From Spirochaetota bacterium (GTDB lineage: Bacteria; Spirochaetota; UBA4802; UBA5550), in NCBI GenBank assembly GCA_963663865.1, contig OY760686.1:1984001-2048000 (forward strand): 64,000 nt of DNA, in the 5' to 3' direction. A program made the translations under genes and the position numbers. The notes under the pieces are model-generated. The model had not been told where the DNA came from. It made no database searches and saw nothing but the letters and a program-made list of their open reading frames with translations. Below, piece after piece: positions 37,697 through 49,439 of the stretch (positions are counted from its first letter, which is position 1; each line of letters starts with the position of its first letter).

Positions 37697-40558
37697 CTAA
37701 TCACCTTTTTTATTCTCTTCGTCAATTCCGGAAGCGCTTGAAAAGCTGTTGAAACCGTAGTGTTCCAGCAGATTCAAAGCCTGGACATTGTAGAATCGCG
37801 CCCTCGGGCCGTAAGCCACATCATTGAGAAGGCGCTCAGACTCTTTCTTCTTATCGTCATCATAATAAAGGATTGCAAGCTGAATTTTTGCCCTGTATGA
37901 GTACTCAGAGTCAGCGTCTAATTCTATAATGTCATTGAAGTACTTCTCAGCCTGCGCTCTGTTTCTGTTTACGAGAAGGCTGATTACTCCGAGATAATAT
38001 CCTGCTTCTACCGCGTGAGCGCTTTCGGCCCTGAACGCGATAATGAAGTAGCGGTATGCGGTAGAGTATCTTCCGTTTTGATACTGCATTTTACCATTCA
38101 TAAAGGCAATATAATAGCTGCTGTCCTCATATCGCTTCATGTAGCCGGCAAAAAGCCTGAAATTCCTGAAATCATTTACTGAATAGTAATATTCAATGCT
38201 GGCCTTTACGGCATCTTCGCCAAATTCTGTTTTCAGGATGCTGTTTATATCTTTACCGGTAATTTCAATCGCCGCCGCAGGTTCGGAAACCTTAAAATAA
38301 GACACAACCAGCAGTGCATTTTTGGATGGTCTTACTGAAGGCGATTTGACATCCTTGAGCTTTTCAATAGCTTCTCTGAATCTGTTTCTTGAAATAAGCA
38401 CCCTTGCAAACTCAAGGCGGGAGTGATCAGCGTACTCAGCACCGGGATATCTAACCGTAATTTCTGAATATATGGAAAGAGCTTCATCCGAGTTTCCCTT
38501 TTTCAGGTAGTATGAAGCGACCGCGAACATGGCCTTTGAATAGAGCTCAGGATCATCTAAAAAGCCCTGTATCAGCCTTTCTGCTGTCTGTATATCGCCG
38601 ACTTCCGCGGATGATAATGCGAACATAAACTGAAGGTTTTTATCCTCCCCGCCATTATTGATAATAGAAAACTGATTGTACGCCTCTTCGTACCTTTCCA
38701 GTTTGTAATATGATTCGGCTGTCATCCTTATCGCGGACTTCCACTGAGCCTCATCCATTGGAGGTTTTTTTTCGGGCCGATCCATCTCAGAAGCCAGCTC
38801 TTCATAACGCTTTAACTCAAACAGAGCGGTCAGCCTTCTATAAAATGCCCGGCCCCTCATACTGCTTTCATTCCCTGAGAGATAACGCTTATAGTAATCT
38901 TCGGCCCTGGCATATTTTCTTGCAGCCATTGCCTCTTCCGCGTATCGGTAGTAAATGAGATATGCCGGACGTGTCCCGGAATAACTCTTTAGTATTAAAT
39001 CAACGTATTTTTGAGCCTTAATTCCCTTATCCATCAAGGCAAGGGCGTATGAATAAATTGTGTTTTCCGTTCCTTTTTCGCCGGAGTGATACCTGATTAT
39101 GTAGTCAACAGCATCGCCTGCCCTTTTCAGGTCTCCGCTTCTTATATAGGATTCAGCCAGCATAGCTCTGGCCTGGAATTCTCTCTGAATATCTTTTTCT
39201 TTCAGATAAGCGGTAAATGTGGAAGCGGCAGAGCTGTACTCTCCTTTCTTGAAAGAAGCGATTCCAAGATAATACTCCGACTCGACATTGTATGGGGAAA
39301 AAGGATTATCAGTCTTAATCTTACGAAATACATCAACCGCGCTGTCGTGATCGCCCCTTTCGAGATGAATTCGACCGATTAAAAATGAGACTTCATCATA
39401 CCTCTTGTCAAAAGGAAACTTTTCCCTGAACGTCTTTAAAACGCCTTCTGCCTCAACCAGCCTTCCGGCTTCAATATACGCCCTTCCGAGAAGAAGAAGA
39501 AGACCGCTGTCTTCTGCCGCTGCCGCGTTCCCCTCTAAAATATCAATCGCCTTTTTGGGGCCGCTTTCGATATAGATTGCAGCGAGCTGTCTCAGGGCAG
39601 TAAGAACGAGTTCACTGTCCCCTGCCTGAGACCTGACTTCCTCAAGAAGCTCAATCCCTCTGCCGGATGAATCCTTTTCCTCCATGTAAAGCATCGCGAG
39701 GCGGTACAGACCGTGATAGTACCATCTGGATGTTTTTTCCCCCTGAACAAATGCCTCAAGAAGGGTTCGGGCATTTCTCATCTGCCCGGACTCTATCAGG
39801 GAAAGCGCCTTGAAGTAATTGACCTCGTTAAAAGCAGGATCACGGGCAATATTCCGCGATATTCCGTTAAGAAGTATCAGCGCTCTCGCGTGGTTACCCG
39901 TCTGCTGGTGTATCCTCGCCGCTGCGATTCTTGCCCTTGCCGAGGTATTCTGACTGACCGTAGACGTAAGAACCGGATTTATCCTCTCAAGGGCCTTCTC
40001 GTATTCCTTGCCGGAAAGAAGAAGCTCTGATATTCTGACAACCCGCATCGCGTTACGTTCTCTGTCAGTAGACTTTTTTATAGCCTCTTCGAGTTCAATT
40101 ACCGCTTCATCATATCTCTTCTGGTCGGAATATATCGCAGCTATTCTATCATGGGCGGATGATGACCTTTCTGAGTCAGAGGACCTGGATATGTATCTTC
40201 TAAACTCTTCAATTGACTTTATATATTCGTTCTGATAATAGTAAGCCTCTGCTATCCAGTACCTTGACTCAATACAGAGATCAGCTGTTCTACATTTGTT
40301 CAGATAGCTGCTGAATTCATATATTGAGGAACGATAATTCTTCTGTTCATAGATTGATCTCGCGAAATAGAACCAGGCCCGGTCGGCAAACTCGTCATCA
40401 TTAAGATCAAGCACACGGCGGAACAAAAGCTCAGATGAGCCGAAATTACCCGACCTGAACGCTTCCATACCCTGCTCAAAAAGCGCTCTCCCTCCGTTTG
40501 AGGAGTAAAGCGCCGCGCTGCAGCAAAATATGATTATTGTTATTACAATTTTCTTCAT
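37697..40558 (-). CDS. Large exported tetratricopeptide-repeat protein
   Basis: Signal peptide plus many helical repeats of the type A.Y..G.Y..A...F......P. Confidence 0.8.
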   Translation of the reverse strand: MKKIVITIIIFCCSAALYSSNGGRALFEQGMEAFRSGNFGSSELLFRRVLDLNDDEFADRAWFYFARSIYEQKNYRSSIYEFSSYLNKCRTADLCIESRYWIAEAYYYQNEYIKSIEEFRRYISRSSDSERSSSAHDRIAAIYSDQKRYDEAVIELEEAIKKSTDRERNAMRVVRISELLLSGKEYEKALERINPVLTSTVSQNTSARARIAAARIHQQTGNHARALILLNGISRNIARDPAFNEVNYFKALSLIESGQMRNARTLLEAFVQGEKTSRWYYHGLYRLAMLYMEEKDSSGRGIELLEEVRSQAGDSELVLTALRQLAAIYIESGPKKAIDILEGNAAAAEDSGLLLLLGRAYIEAGRLVEAEGVLKTFREKFPFDKRYDEVSFLIGRIHLERGDHDSAVDVFRKIKTDNPFSPYNVESEYYLGIASFKKGEYSSAASTFTAYLKEKDIQREFQARAMLAESYIRSGDLKRAGDAVDYIIRYHSGEKGTENTIYSYALALMDKGIKAQKYVDLILKSYSGTRPAYLIYYRYAEEAMAARKYARAEDYYKRYLSGNESSMRGRAFYRRLTALFELKRYEELASEMDRPEKKPPMDEAQWKSAIRMTAESYYKLERYEEAYNQFSIINNGGEDKNLQFMFALSSAEVGDIQTAERLIQGFLDDPELYSKAMFAVASYYLKKGNSDEALSIYSEITVRYPGAEYADHSRLEFARVLISRNRFREAIEKLKDVKSPSVRPSKNALLVVSYFKVSEPAAAIEITGKDINSILKTEFGEDAVKASIEYYYSVNDFRNFRLFAGYMKRYEDSSYYIAFMNGKMQYQNGRYSTAYRYFIIAFRAESAHAVEAGYYLGVISLLVNRNRAQAEKYFNDIIELDADSEYSYRAKIQLAILYYDDDKKKESERLLNDVAYGPRARFYNVQALNLLEHYGFNSFSSASGIDEENKKGD

Positions 40559-40604
40559 TGTTTTCTAAAGGTTATGTATTTAAGATATGACAGCATCGTG
40601 AGGC

Positions 40605-41834
40605 TCAAAGTCTCCTGAGATATCTTCGCAGATAATCAACAGCCGTGACAGCGCTCCTCTCCCTTACTCTGTCTCTGCTCCCGGAAAACAGCCTCTGAAA
40701 TGTCTCAGCCTTTCCGTCCGCGTGAAAACCGAACCACACTGTTCCAACAGGCTTATCCTGAGTGCCTCCGCCCGGGCCCGCAATCCCCGTTACAGACAGA
40801 GCTATATCTGCACCAAAAACAGACCTTGCTCTTACAGCCATTGCTTCCGCCGTTTCACTGCTAACCGCACCGCAAGATTCAACGGTGCCCGCGGGTACTC
40901 CCAGGACCTCAATCTTTGAGGCATTTGAGTACGTTACCGCGCCTCCATTGAAAACAGCTGAGGCGCCGGGAATATCGGTAATTCTGCTTGAAATAAGCCC
41001 CCCGGTACAGGACTCAGCCACTGAAAGCTGTAAACCGTGCCTGCGAAGTAAATTAACGGCTTCCATCTGAGGACTTTCTGACTCCCGTAGAAGCATGTCA
41101 ATGCCGAAATTAGCAGAGGCTTCATCGTAAATAGATTCAGAGTCAATATCAGATCCCTTTTGCGATAGAAAAGAAAGTGTACAGACCCCTGATTCAGCCG
41201 TTATCCCCCATATTATATCATCAGAAACCGATTTCATAGCAACGATTTTATTATCAATTTCTCGCTCGGTAAGTCCGCACAGACGAAGCTCGAGTGCTTT
41301 TCTACGCTTCAGACCATATTTCTCTTCAAGATAGGGAATAAGCCTCCGCTTCAGCATGGCCTCCATCTCGTGAGGAACCCCGGGCATCGCCGCGAAAATC
41401 TTTCCGTTTCTTTCAATCAAGAATCCAGGCGCCATACCCGCGTCGTTTTTCAGTACATATGAGCCGGCGGGCACATCCGCCATTCTGTTCCCCTCAACAT
41501 CAGGCTCCCTGCCGACAGAGACCAGGAACCTTCTGAGGGACTCAAGGGCGCCTTCGTCGGTGACGATACCGGTTTGAAAAATCTCTGCCGCGGTCACCAC
41601 TGTTCTGTCGTCCTCTGTCGGCCCGAGGCCTCCGGTCATAATGACCGTATCATATTTATCAAGTGCCTCTCTTATTGTCCTTTCAAGATCGCCCGGATTG
41701 TCGCTGACCGTAACATGATCTCTGACCCTGAAATCAGTAGCATACAGTTCCCTGCTGATAACTGAGCTGTTTGTGTCGGTTTTCCGGCCGCTAATAAGCT
41801 CGCTTCCCGACGAAATAACCCTCACCGATCTCAT
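40605..41834 (-). CDS. cinA: CinA (MoCF-like domain + NMN deamidase)
   Basis: G.EL..G..DTN, GGLGPT.DD.T, PGVP.EM, AESCTGG and TGIAGP.G. Confidence 0.93.
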   Translation of the reverse strand: MRSVRVISSGSELISGRKTDTNSSVISRELYATDFRVRDHVTVSDNPGDLERTIREALDKYDTVIMTGGLGPTEDDRTVVTAAEIFQTGIVTDEGALESLRRFLVSVGREPDVEGNRMADVPAGSYVLKNDAGMAPGFLIERNGKIFAAMPGVPHEMEAMLKRRLIPYLEEKYGLKRRKALELRLCGLTEREIDNKIVAMKSVSDDIIWGITAESGVCTLSFLSQKGSDIDSESIYDEASANFGIDMLLRESESPQMEAVNLLRRHGLQLSVAESCTGGLISSRITDIPGASAVFNGGAVTYSNASKIEVLGVPAGTVESCGAVSSETAEAMAVRARSVFGADIALSVTGIAGPGGGTQDKPVGTVWFGFHADGKAETFQRLFSGSRDRVRERSAVTAVDYLRRYLRRL

Positions 41835-43508
41835 CTACATGCTCTCAGGCGCCGATACACCAAGCATTGTAAGGCCGTTTTTGAGGACAGTCCTGACCGC
41901 GGCAGCAGCGGCGAAGTTGGAATTGCGGACATCCTCCTCATCGGCAAGAATCCTGTGTTCAGTATAAAAGCGGTGAAACGCCTGCGCCAGCTTCATTAGA
42001 AAGGCCGGAAGCCGGTGCGGTTCCATTGCTGCTGCAGCGTCAATTATTTCTTCAGGATATTTGACAAGAAGCTTCATCAGGGCGGCCGCCTCGGGATTGT
42101 CGAGTACTGTATTGGATATATTTCCAGTATCGTACTCTACGCCCCTCTTTTCCGCCTCCCTGAAAATTGAGCAGATTCTCGCGTGAGCGTATTGCAGATA
42201 GAATACCGGATTTTCACTGCTCTGTTTCTTCGCCAGAGAGAGATCAAAGTCAAGGTGACTGTCCATTGACCTCATAACGAAAAAGTAACGGGCGGCATCG
42301 ACGCCGATTTCTTCGATTAGCTCTCTCATTGTGGAAAATCTTCCGAGGCGTTTTGACATCTTTACCGCCTCTCCATCCATTACGAGATTTACCTGCTGAG
42401 CAATCAGGACTTTGAAGCCGTCTTCGCGGCAGCCCATAGCAGCCATGGCTCCGGAGAGCCTTGCGATGTAGCCGTGATGGTCAGGCCCCCATATATCAAT
42501 AATGGTGTCGTAACCTCTTCCAAGCTTGTCTCTGTGATAGGCAATATCTGCCAGCAGATAGGTCGGCCTTCCGTCATCGCGCACTACAACACGGTCCTTG
42601 TCGTCTCCATAGTCTGTTGATTTAAAAAGCTTCTTGCCTTCCTCATCGAAAATGTGCCCTCGTCCGTCAAGCAGAGTGTAGGTATCCATAACGGCTCCGC
42701 TGTCGTGAAGAGTGTGCTCCATGAACCACCTCGAGAATTCAACATGAAAATCAGTAAGGTCCTTCTTTTGACCCGCCACATTGTATTTGACCGCGTAATC
42801 GGCGCAGAACCTGATTCTCTGTTCTTCACCGCTAATCTGCTCGAACTGGTCCCATACAAGTTCAATAAGGTTTGCTGCAATGTCCTTAACGTAATCTCCG
42901 TGATAACCGTCCTCGGGGAAGTCCACTTTCTCTCCGCGCTGCTCCATAACTCTCGCAAGAACCGACCTTCCGAGAAGTGTGACCTGATTTCCGAAGTCAT
43001 TCACGTAGAATTCACGGTCAACGCTGTGCCCGGCAGCTTCAAGAAGATTCGCGAGAGTATCGCCAATCGCGGCAGCTCTCGCGGATACGACATTCATCGG
43101 CCCTGTAGGATTTGCTGATACGAACTCAATATTGTATTTTTGTGTATTTGCGGATTTTGATCTGCCATAATCAGTTGCTTCTTTTATTACAGTTTTGAGC
43201 GTCTCGCACATAAATGCGTTTGAAATGAATATGTTAATAAATCCCGGTTTTACCACCTCAACAGACTCGACAATACCGATTTTTTCTATATAGGGCTTAA
43301 TTATTCCAGCTATCTCAACCGGGGCTTTTTTAACGGCCTTTGCCGATTCCAGGGCAACCGGAGTCGAATAATCTCCAAATCTGGCTTCTCTCGGATATTC
43401 TATCTTCACCTCTGGGTATTCCGCCTCCGGAAGCAGCCCTGCCCTGACGGCCTCTTCAATGGATCCGGCTATTGCTCCGGCAAGCATTTCTTTAACGGTT
43501 ACAGTCAA
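41835..43508 (-). CDS. argS: Arginine--tRNA ligase
   Basis: FGDYS, EFVSANPTGP, DIAYH, WGPDHHGY, KMSKR and NPVFYLQYAHARI. The probable TTG start at 43508 has an AGGAG RBS. Confidence 0.96.
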   Translation of the reverse strand: MTVTVKEMLAGAIAGSIEEAVRAGLLPEAEYPEVKIEYPREARFGDYSTPVALESAKAVKKAPVEIAGIIKPYIEKIGIVESVEVVKPGFINIFISNAFMCETLKTVIKEATDYGRSKSANTQKYNIEFVSANPTGPMNVVSARAAAIGDTLANLLEAAGHSVDREFYVNDFGNQVTLLGRSVLARVMEQRGEKVDFPEDGYHGDYVKDIAANLIELVWDQFEQISGEEQRIRFCADYAVKYNVAGQKKDLTDFHVEFSRWFMEHTLHDSGAVMDTYTLLDGRGHIFDEEGKKLFKSTDYGDDKDRVVVRDDGRPTYLLADIAYHRDKLGRGYDTIIDIWGPDHHGYIARLSGAMAAMGCREDGFKVLIAQQVNLVMDGEAVKMSKRLGRFSTMRELIEEIGVDAARYFFVMRSMDSHLDFDLSLAKKQSSENPVFYLQYAHARICSIFREAEKRGVEYDTGNISNTVLDNPEAAALMKLLVKYPEEIIDAAAAMEPHRLPAFLMKLAQAFHRFYTEHRILADEEDVRNSNFAAAAAVRTVLKNGLTMLGVSAPESM

Positions 43509-43690
43509 TTTATTACTCCTTAAAACATCATTAAATCTCATGGCTTTCATCATAAAAACTGAACCGGGTCGGGTATTTGTCAACAATATATTCTGAAAGC
43601 AGCGTTAAGGCGTCATTGAAATAAAAAATGATGGACTTGTTTTATACGGAGCTGTTAGAATATTCTGAAATAATTATCTGTGAGGCTGCC

Positions 43691-45691
43691 ATGAACTTCT
43701 TCAGGTTCGACAGAAACAGAGTTGTAGGGATGATTCTTACTCTATCTGTTTTTCTTATTATCTATATCCTTTACTCAGGCACTACCCTGTTTGACATTGT
43801 TGAGCGGGGCGCCCTGGACTTCAGGTTCTTCCTGAGAGATCCCGGCGAAAAATCGGTGAAGGTTGATGAAGGCATCAGAAGAACACGAGTCAACCCCAGA
43901 GTCAGGGAAGACATCATCATTCTCGGAATCGACGAAGATACCATTCGTGACTTTTCAGATAACGGGATACAATGGCCTTTCCCATGGGATATCCACACGA
44001 AGTTCATTAACTTCGTCAACTCGGGTAACCCCTCGGCCATATTCTTCGACATAACATTTCTCGATCATAAAAAAGGCGAAAGGGAACTCGCAAAGGCCAT
44101 ATCAGATTCCGGAAAGGTTTTTATTGACTATCCTTTTGAAAACATTGAAGCTGATACAAAATATCAGGATATTGACCAGAGGATAGAGCTTCTGAAACGT
44201 GTCCGCTTTAAGGCCTCTCAGGACGCGGACTATCCCGATATGGTTGAAGAGGCAGTGCCTCCTACACCGGAACTGATGAAAGCCGCCAGGGGTGTCGGCT
44301 TCGCGAATGTTTTTCCTGACCCCTTTGATAACATAAACAGGCAGATGCCGCTCGTAATGAAATTCAAAGGGCATTATTATCCGAATGTCGACCTGCTGAT
44401 AGCCATGCACCACTTCGAAGTTGAGATTGAAGACGTAGAGGTAGTACCAGGCAAGCATATACTGCTGAAAAACGCCAATCCCGAACGAATCGTTCGCCCT
44501 GATGGAACAAACACAGTAACGATTCCGATAGACAAACGCGGCTTTATGGATATCAACTATGTCGGCGGAGCAGGTAGCTTTCGCAGCTATCCTTACGGCT
44601 ACTATGTTAACGACGGAACAATGCAAGGCAACACCTCTCTCGAAAACAGAATTGTTCTTGTAGCGGCTTACTCTGTTACAGGCATAGCAACTGACCTGCA
44701 CAAATCCCCTTACGGAACAACATTCGGAATTGAGCATCATGCAAATGCTCTTAATACGATTTTGAATCAGGATTTCCTGCGCAAACTCAGCGACAGAAGC
44801 AATATACTCATCATGTTTTTCATAGCCCTTATTCTCGGATTTCTGCTTACCAGAATTACCATTATTAAGGGAACTCTCTTCAGTTTCTTCCTTATTCTAT
44901 CATATCTTGGCGTTTCCTTCTATCTTTTTGATTCAAAAAGCGTAGTGATAGCGATGTTTACTCCGCCAGTACAGATGGTTTTTTCATTCATCTTCATTAT
45001 CACATACAGAGTTTTGACGGAACAGAAAGAAAAGAGGTATATACGTCAGACTTTCTCAAAATTTGTCTCTAAATCTGTCGTTGACGAGCTTTTGAAATAT
45101 CCGGAAAAGCTCAAACTCGGTGGAGAGAAAAAAATACTTACAGTCCTATTTTCAGACATAAGGGGATTTACCACTCTTTCAGAAAAGCTCACGCCGGAAG
45201 AACTGGTCGAACACCTCAATCAGTATCTGCAGGCGATGACAGATCTTGTATTCAAATATAACGGGACACTCGACAAATATGTGGGCGATGAGATTATGGC
45301 TTTCTGGGGAGCTCCCGTCGAACTTGAAAATCATGCACTTGAAGCCTGCAAATCAGCCCTTGAACAGATTGAGGTTCTTAAAATGATGAACGAAAGCTGG
45401 AAATCAATGGGAAAGCCGGGTCTGGAGATTGGAATTGGAATCAACAGCGGGGATATGGTTGTGGGAAACATGGGCTCATCTTCAAGAATGGATTATACGT
45501 TGATGGGAGACAATGTAAATCTGGGCGCGAGGCTTGAGGGGACAAACAAGATTTACGGCACCAGTATAATAATAAGCGAGGCAACATACCTGCTGGTGAA
45601 AGACCATGTTGTCGTCAGAGAGTTAGACCTTATAAGGGTAAAGGGTAAAGAGCATCCGGTAGTAATTTACGAGCTCATTGAATTAAAATAA
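43691..45691 (+). CDS. CHASE2-domain membrane class III adenylate cyclase
   Basis: I.ILGIDE..WP.P CHASE2 and 3 TM helices; FSDIRGFT, DKYVGDEIMA and DYT..GDNVNLGARLE. Lys/Asp specificity residues indicate ATP. Confidence 0.92.
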   Translation: MNFFRFDRNRVVGMILTLSVFLIIYILYSGTTLFDIVERGALDFRFFLRDPGEKSVKVDEGIRRTRVNPRVREDIIILGIDEDTIRDFSDNGIQWPFPWDIHTKFINFVNSGNPSAIFFDITFLDHKKGERELAKAISDSGKVFIDYPFENIEADTKYQDIDQRIELLKRVRFKASQDADYPDMVEEAVPPTPELMKAARGVGFANVFPDPFDNINRQMPLVMKFKGHYYPNVDLLIAMHHFEVEIEDVEVVPGKHILLKNANPERIVRPDGTNTVTIPIDKRGFMDINYVGGAGSFRSYPYGYYVNDGTMQGNTSLENRIVLVAAYSVTGIATDLHKSPYGTTFGIEHHANALNTILNQDFLRKLSDRSNILIMFFIALILGFLLTRITIIKGTLFSFFLILSYLGVSFYLFDSKSVVIAMFTPPVQMVFSFIFIITYRVLTEQKEKRYIRQTFSKFVSKSVVDELLKYPEKLKLGGEKKILTVLFSDIRGFTTLSEKLTPEELVEHLNQYLQAMTDLVFKYNGTLDKYVGDEIMAFWGAPVELENHALEACKSALEQIEVLKMMNESWKSMGKPGLEIGIGINSGDMVVGNMGSSSRMDYTLMGDNVNLGARLEGTNKIYGTSIIISEATYLLVKDHVVVRELDLIRVKGKEHPVVIYELIELK

Positions 45692-47971
45692 AGCGTACTC
45701 TTTATCACTCTTCCCGTTCTTCCTGGAGATAACCGGTTTCAGGAAGCTGCCTTTAACAAGAACGGGAAGAGTCCACAATTTTCCGGCTTCATCGCGTGCT
45801 GCGATATTTATCTGGGAGTTGAGCCCTGAATGGTAAGTGTACCTTCCGTATCCGCTTACGTCTACATCACCCGAAATGGACGGCCCGTTTACAGACACAG
45901 TATCGCCCATCTGCTTCAGGCTTAAAGAAAGATGTCTGCAGGCAGTGTTTTTGAAAATACCCACCGGGAATTCTTCGTCTTCAGCGAGCTGCTGAAAAGC
46001 AAGCTGTACCGGAGTGGCAGAAAAGCTTCCATCCCTGACATTTAGATTGATTGATGCGGTAGTATTTTCAACAAACTGAGCCAGACGATACGCGTTTAGA
46101 GAAAAATCAAAATCCAAATCCATTGTTCCGTTCAGCGAGTATCCCGTTGCAGCCTGCCGGGAAAACTCTCCAATATCCATCCCCTTCACACCGCCCCTGA
46201 CTGACCACGACGGATAATTTGAGTTCGCATAAGCGCTTGCTTCAAGGTAATATTCACCGTTAAAGCCAGAGGCCGAAAATTCCCTGAGACTGAAAACGCC
46301 TTTTTCAAGCCTGAGCTCAGCGCTTATGCCGCTCAGAGATGCGCCGCCGGCAACATTCATCCTCTTTAAGTCAACATTAGCACTTATGTCATTATATATA
46401 AAATAATTCGATACCGTTTTTTTTAGAAAAGGCGTATCGTCATAACCCCTGTCCCTGTAATAATGCGATAGTTTAAACATCCTATCATAGGATGCCGCGG
46501 TTGCGCCAGCAATAAAAGGCAGACTAATATTGTCCCCCTTAACCTCAACAGAAGTAACTGATTTAAGCGGTTTTAATGAATTGATTTTAGATTCAAGCAG
46601 TATTGTCAGATCGGCTTTATCCGAATGGATTTCGGCGCTGGCCATCAAAATATCATCAGCTGACCTCAGCGAAAAATTAGATGATCTGAGCAGTTCGCGT
46701 TTCTTTCCATTTGTATACTCAACTGCCTTTACTTTTTTTGCATCTGCTCTAAAATTGGATTTTATAATTTTCCCCTCAGCTAAATCGCATTCAAAGCCGC
46801 CGGAAAACTCCATGCCGCCGGAAAAAGTAATGTTCGGGAACGGCGTAAAGACCTGTGAAATCTCAGAAAGATCAATGCCTTTCGCTGATTCGACCTTAAC
46901 GGCAAGAGCTGCCACATCGGGAAAGCCGCCTACTTTTGCTGAAAAGCTTAAACTGTTCACATCGTCGTATGCCTTAAGTTTATGAATAACGATTACTTTT
47001 TTTTCTGAATCTATTTCCAGGTTGATTTCAGTGTTAATATTTGCGTTAGATATCATCCTGTGATGCGGGTCATCTTCGGAAAAGATATTCCAGTTTCCCG
47101 TCCTCAGTCCCCCGTCAATTTTATATTTACCCTGTTTTCCACTGGCTGAAATATCAGCGTTGAGGCCCCCGGTCAGCTTGATTCCTCTTCCGCTCTTTTC
47201 CCTGAAATACTCGTTGGCGTATGACACATCTACACTCTGACAGGAAAATTCAACGGAGGAGGCCACCCCATCTTTCCTGAATTGAAAACTACCTCTTGAG
47301 GAAAAGTATCCATCGGTAATTTCGGAGGTTTCGCAGGGTGCCGTTTTCCCTGCGACGCTGTACTCAATTTTTGATTTCCTATATTCAAAATCACCATTTA
47401 TATCGTGTATTTTAATCTCTCGCCTGCTGTCACGGAAGAATTCCGTATATAAAAGCCTGGTCTCCTCAAATCGAACGTAAAAACCTTTTTCAAGCTGTTT
47501 TTTCACAATCTCAATGTTCCGCCCGAGCGAAAAGAGCCGGCCTAATGCTTCGACATGGTTTTTGCCGTATGGCTTAACGAGATTAACCTCAGCGTTGCTG
47601 AAAACGACCCCTTTCAGTCTTATTCTGTTCCGAATGAGAGATAAAAGAGACAGTTCGAATTCAGCCTTTTCGGCATATACAAACTTGATGTTATCATTAA
47701 AGTCGCTTGAATTTGAAATTGATAGATTGACAGCAACTATATTCATGGAGGAATCAACGCTTAATTTGTCAAAGCTGACGGCCCTACCCAGATTATCGCG
47801 AATAATTCCGCTTACTGCACTTTCAATTCTTTCACTGCCAATGAAAAAAGTGACTGCCCGTCCTGCAAAGATGTAATACAGGAGAAAAATGCCTAAAATA
47901 GACGCAATAATACCAATCAGAAATCCGGTTAGCCTATCGGGTCTTAATTTAATACCTGTCATATTAACCAT
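45683..47971 (-). CDS. AsmA-like membrane-anchored beta-rich periplasmic protein
   Basis: N-terminal TM, LGRAV.F..L, L.LLSLI...I.L and C-terminal LPV.V.G...P. The start is uncertain. Confidence 0.6.
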   Translation of the reverse strand: MVNMTGIKLRPDRLTGFLIGIIASILGIFLLYYIFAGRAVTFFIGSERIESAVSGIIRDNLGRAVSFDKLSVDSSMNIVAVNLSISNSSDFNDNIKFVYAEKAEFELSLLSLIRNRIRLKGVVFSNAEVNLVKPYGKNHVEALGRLFSLGRNIEIVKKQLEKGFYVRFEETRLLYTEFFRDSRREIKIHDINGDFEYRKSKIEYSVAGKTAPCETSEITDGYFSSRGSFQFRKDGVASSVEFSCQSVDVSYANEYFREKSGRGIKLTGGLNADISASGKQGKYKIDGGLRTGNWNIFSEDDPHHRMISNANINTEINLEIDSEKKVIVIHKLKAYDDVNSLSFSAKVGGFPDVAALAVKVESAKGIDLSEISQVFTPFPNITFSGGMEFSGGFECDLAEGKIIKSNFRADAKKVKAVEYTNGKKRELLRSSNFSLRSADDILMASAEIHSDKADLTILLESKINSLKPLKSVTSVEVKGDNISLPFIAGATAASYDRMFKLSHYYRDRGYDDTPFLKKTVSNYFIYNDISANVDLKRMNVAGGASLSGISAELRLEKGVFSLREFSASGFNGEYYLEASAYANSNYPSWSVRGGVKGMDIGEFSRQAATGYSLNGTMDLDFDFSLNAYRLAQFVENTTASINLNVRDGSFSATPVQLAFQQLAEDEEFPVGIFKNTACRHLSLSLKQMGDTVSVNGPSISGDVDVSGYGRYTYHSGLNSQINIAARDEAGKLWTLPVLVKGSFLKPVISRKNGKSDKEYALF

Positions 47972-48301
47972 ATTCAGAAATTTGAGGATACCTGTTAAAG
48001 CGGAATGATGAAACAAACCGCGCTATCAGGAATTAAATAAAATCAATATCAACAGATTTAACTGGACTTAACAGGTCGTCAAGAATATTTAATCAATTGT
48101 TTATCTTTAAAAAAACACCATCAGCTTACGATTAATCTTGACATGATAACCTTCAGAACAAAGCTAACGAATATAGAGTGGCTGCAGTCATCACAGGCGA
48201 CGCGGTGCATATTCCGATTGCGCTAATAAAATGCTGGATTTTTAATATTTTTATGTTACAAAACTGGTTCTGGAAACTCTAACTTAATCTGAGAGAACAT
48301 T

Positions 48302-48628
48302 ATGGGAAACAGGCTTTACGTTCAGAAACTTCTGGAAATGTCCGAGCAGTATCAGCCGGATTTATCCAGAAATCTAAACAGAGAACTTGAGTATACCCCT
48401 TTCGAGGGAATACCCCAGAAACACCCTCATGATTCAGGTCTACTAATCCTTATTGACGACAGCAAAAGGGACGCGAAACACTTTTATCAGCTTCAACTTG
48501 AATCCATAGGAAAAATTGAAGATCTTGGAAGCATTTCCAATTCGAAGGGTGAAAATCTTGTAAGAATTAGAGTCTGGGTTAAAAAAGGTACTACCGCCAT
48601 ACGCTCAGAGACGTTTACCGTAAGTTGA
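48302..48628 (+). CDS. Small hypothetical protein
   Basis: Clean ORF with a conserved-looking F.G.P.KHP.D...RVWVKKG pattern; no function recognised. Confidence 0.6.
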   Translation: MGNRLYVQKLLEMSEQYQPDLSRNLNRELEYTPFEGIPQKHPHDSGLLILIDDSKRDAKHFYQLQLESIGKIEDLGSISNSKGENLVRIRVWVKKGTTAIRSETFTVS

Positions 48629-48682
48629 TATTTCCATAAACATTAAACATTTTGCTGCGAAATTAAATTCTGGATTAAAATA

Positions 48683-49372
48683 ATGGATTCTCTTATAACA
48701 ACCCTGTACAGCTCTGCGGATTATCTTCACCTGATCGCCTTTTCGCTCCTCTTTCTGGCAGGTTTTAATCTGCCAATTTCTGAAGATATAGTCATGATTG
48801 TTTCCGGCTCAATAGTGGCAACAGTAATCCCTGAAAGGTTGTTTATCGTTTTCGCCAGCTGCTACCTTGGAGCTCTCTCCAGCGATATTGTATCCTACAT
48901 GCTGGGGCGCTATCCGATATCAGCTGTAATCGGCAGCCATACGATTCAAAAGCATCCGATTTTAGGAAGACTCATATCGCTGAAAAGAATTGATAAAGTG
49001 GCAATGTTCTTCAAAAGATACGGCGGCAAGACCCTTTTCTTTGGAAGATTTATCCCCTTTGGCGTCAGAAATGTTCTGTTTATGACTTCAGGGATAATCA
49101 AGCTCAGATTTCTGAAGTTCCTGCTAATAGATGCAGCTGCTCTGGTTATCTCATCCTCTGTTATGTTTTCATTAGGACATGCTTTCGGGGAAAACTATCA
49201 GGAGCTTTTCCCCTATATCGATAAATATAAATTCTACTTTCTGGCCGCACTTATTATAGCTTTGACATCAATAACAGTCCATCATTTCAAAAAAAAACGC
49301 AATCAATGTCAGCTGCATGGAATTGCCGGCAAAACGATAGTGCCTGAACCAGGCTCTGGTTCAGGCGAATAA
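48683..49372 (+). CDS. dedA: DedA family membrane protein
   Basis: LP.SED, GA..SD..Y.LGR and F..YG..LF.GRFIP.GVR motifs. Confidence 0.88.
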   Translation: MDSLITTLYSSADYLHLIAFSLLFLAGFNLPISEDIVMIVSGSIVATVIPERLFIVFASCYLGALSSDIVSYMLGRYPISAVIGSHTIQKHPILGRLISLKRIDKVAMFFKRYGGKTLFFGRFIPFGVRNVLFMTSGIIKLRFLKFLLIDAAALVISSSVMFSLGHAFGENYQELFPYIDKYKFYFLAALIIALTSITVHHFKKKRNQCQLHGIAGKTIVPEPGSGSGE

Positions 49373-49439
49373 ATAATTTACTTGACTGCTGAAATGACGG
49401 TTATTAAGAAATCTTTTTATGTTATTTTAAATTGTGCTT

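Noticed and set aside
48180-48225. gtcatcacaggcga resembles a ZTP riboswitch
   Set aside because: No matching P1 3' strand or downstream GCCUGG pseudoknot partner.
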